From NCBI GenBank assembly GCA_002269645.1, contig NIVC01000493.1, positions 248,001-312,000 on the forward strand: a stretch of 64,000 bases of DNA, given 5' to 3'. The notes beneath the pieces were generated by a model, which saw nothing but the letters and a program-made list of their open reading frames with translations, did not search any database and was not told the origin of the DNA. Position numbers and translations under genes: made by a program. This document shows positions 63,681 to 64,000 of this stretch, piece after piece (the stretch's first letter is position 1; the number at the start of each line of letters is the position of its first letter). This DNA comes from Macrostomum lignano. Lineage: Eukaryota.

Positions 63681-64000
63681 TCTTCAAGGCTCAATTACGA
63701 GAGATTCGTAGATCTACGGCAATCATATTCTCCACTCACTGAATTAGCCTACATGTAAAGTGCCTCTATATAGCAATACGGTGCACATTAACTTCGAAAA
63801 CTGAGGACTCATTACTGCAAAACGCTAAGGAAAGGATAGTAACTATAGCAAATTTTCTTGCTGCGCTTTACATGCATATTAAATTCAATATTAGTCTATT
63901 CAAATACAATTTACGAGTTGTTGATTCTTATTAGATAATAACATAAAATGTTATGATAACGTAGCATAAAGTTTTACGTGATTTGAAATTGTCATGGTGT

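Overview
Eukaryotic, repeat-saturated genomic window. GC-rich exons sit among introns and intergenic DNA filled with about 40 unrelated micro- and minisatellite arrays. This architecture resembles the flatworm Macrostomum, which is my inference and not shown by the sequence. Genes supported by manual splice-phase reconstruction: the last exon of JKAMP (+, 741-1266); a two-exon protein with a C-terminal PAR-6/SYD-1/KIAA1614-type PDZ domain (+, 17945-19561); tRNA-Gln(CTG) (+, 21166-21237); a complete three-exon, 395-aa orphan rhodopsin-class GPCR (-, 37255-29455); and a 15-exon anoctamin/TMEM16, ANO7-like (+, 52375-63680), whose start codon is not located. A possible small secreted-peptide exon lies at 43142-42867 (-). 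Mobile DNA: two hAT-type MITEs with 8-bp TSDs, a foldback-like element, a tRNA-derived SINE, and a second copy of that SINE fused to an RTE-type LINE 3' fragment. Most long ORFs in the supplied track are repeat artefacts. The most interesting observations are tandem arrays that appear to be born from functional sequence (a 3' splice site, a C-terminus plus stop codon, a SINE body, an ARE/AP-1 motif), the SINE-LINE chimera, and phase-0 acceptors lacking an ATG that a flatworm spliced-leader AUG could complete.
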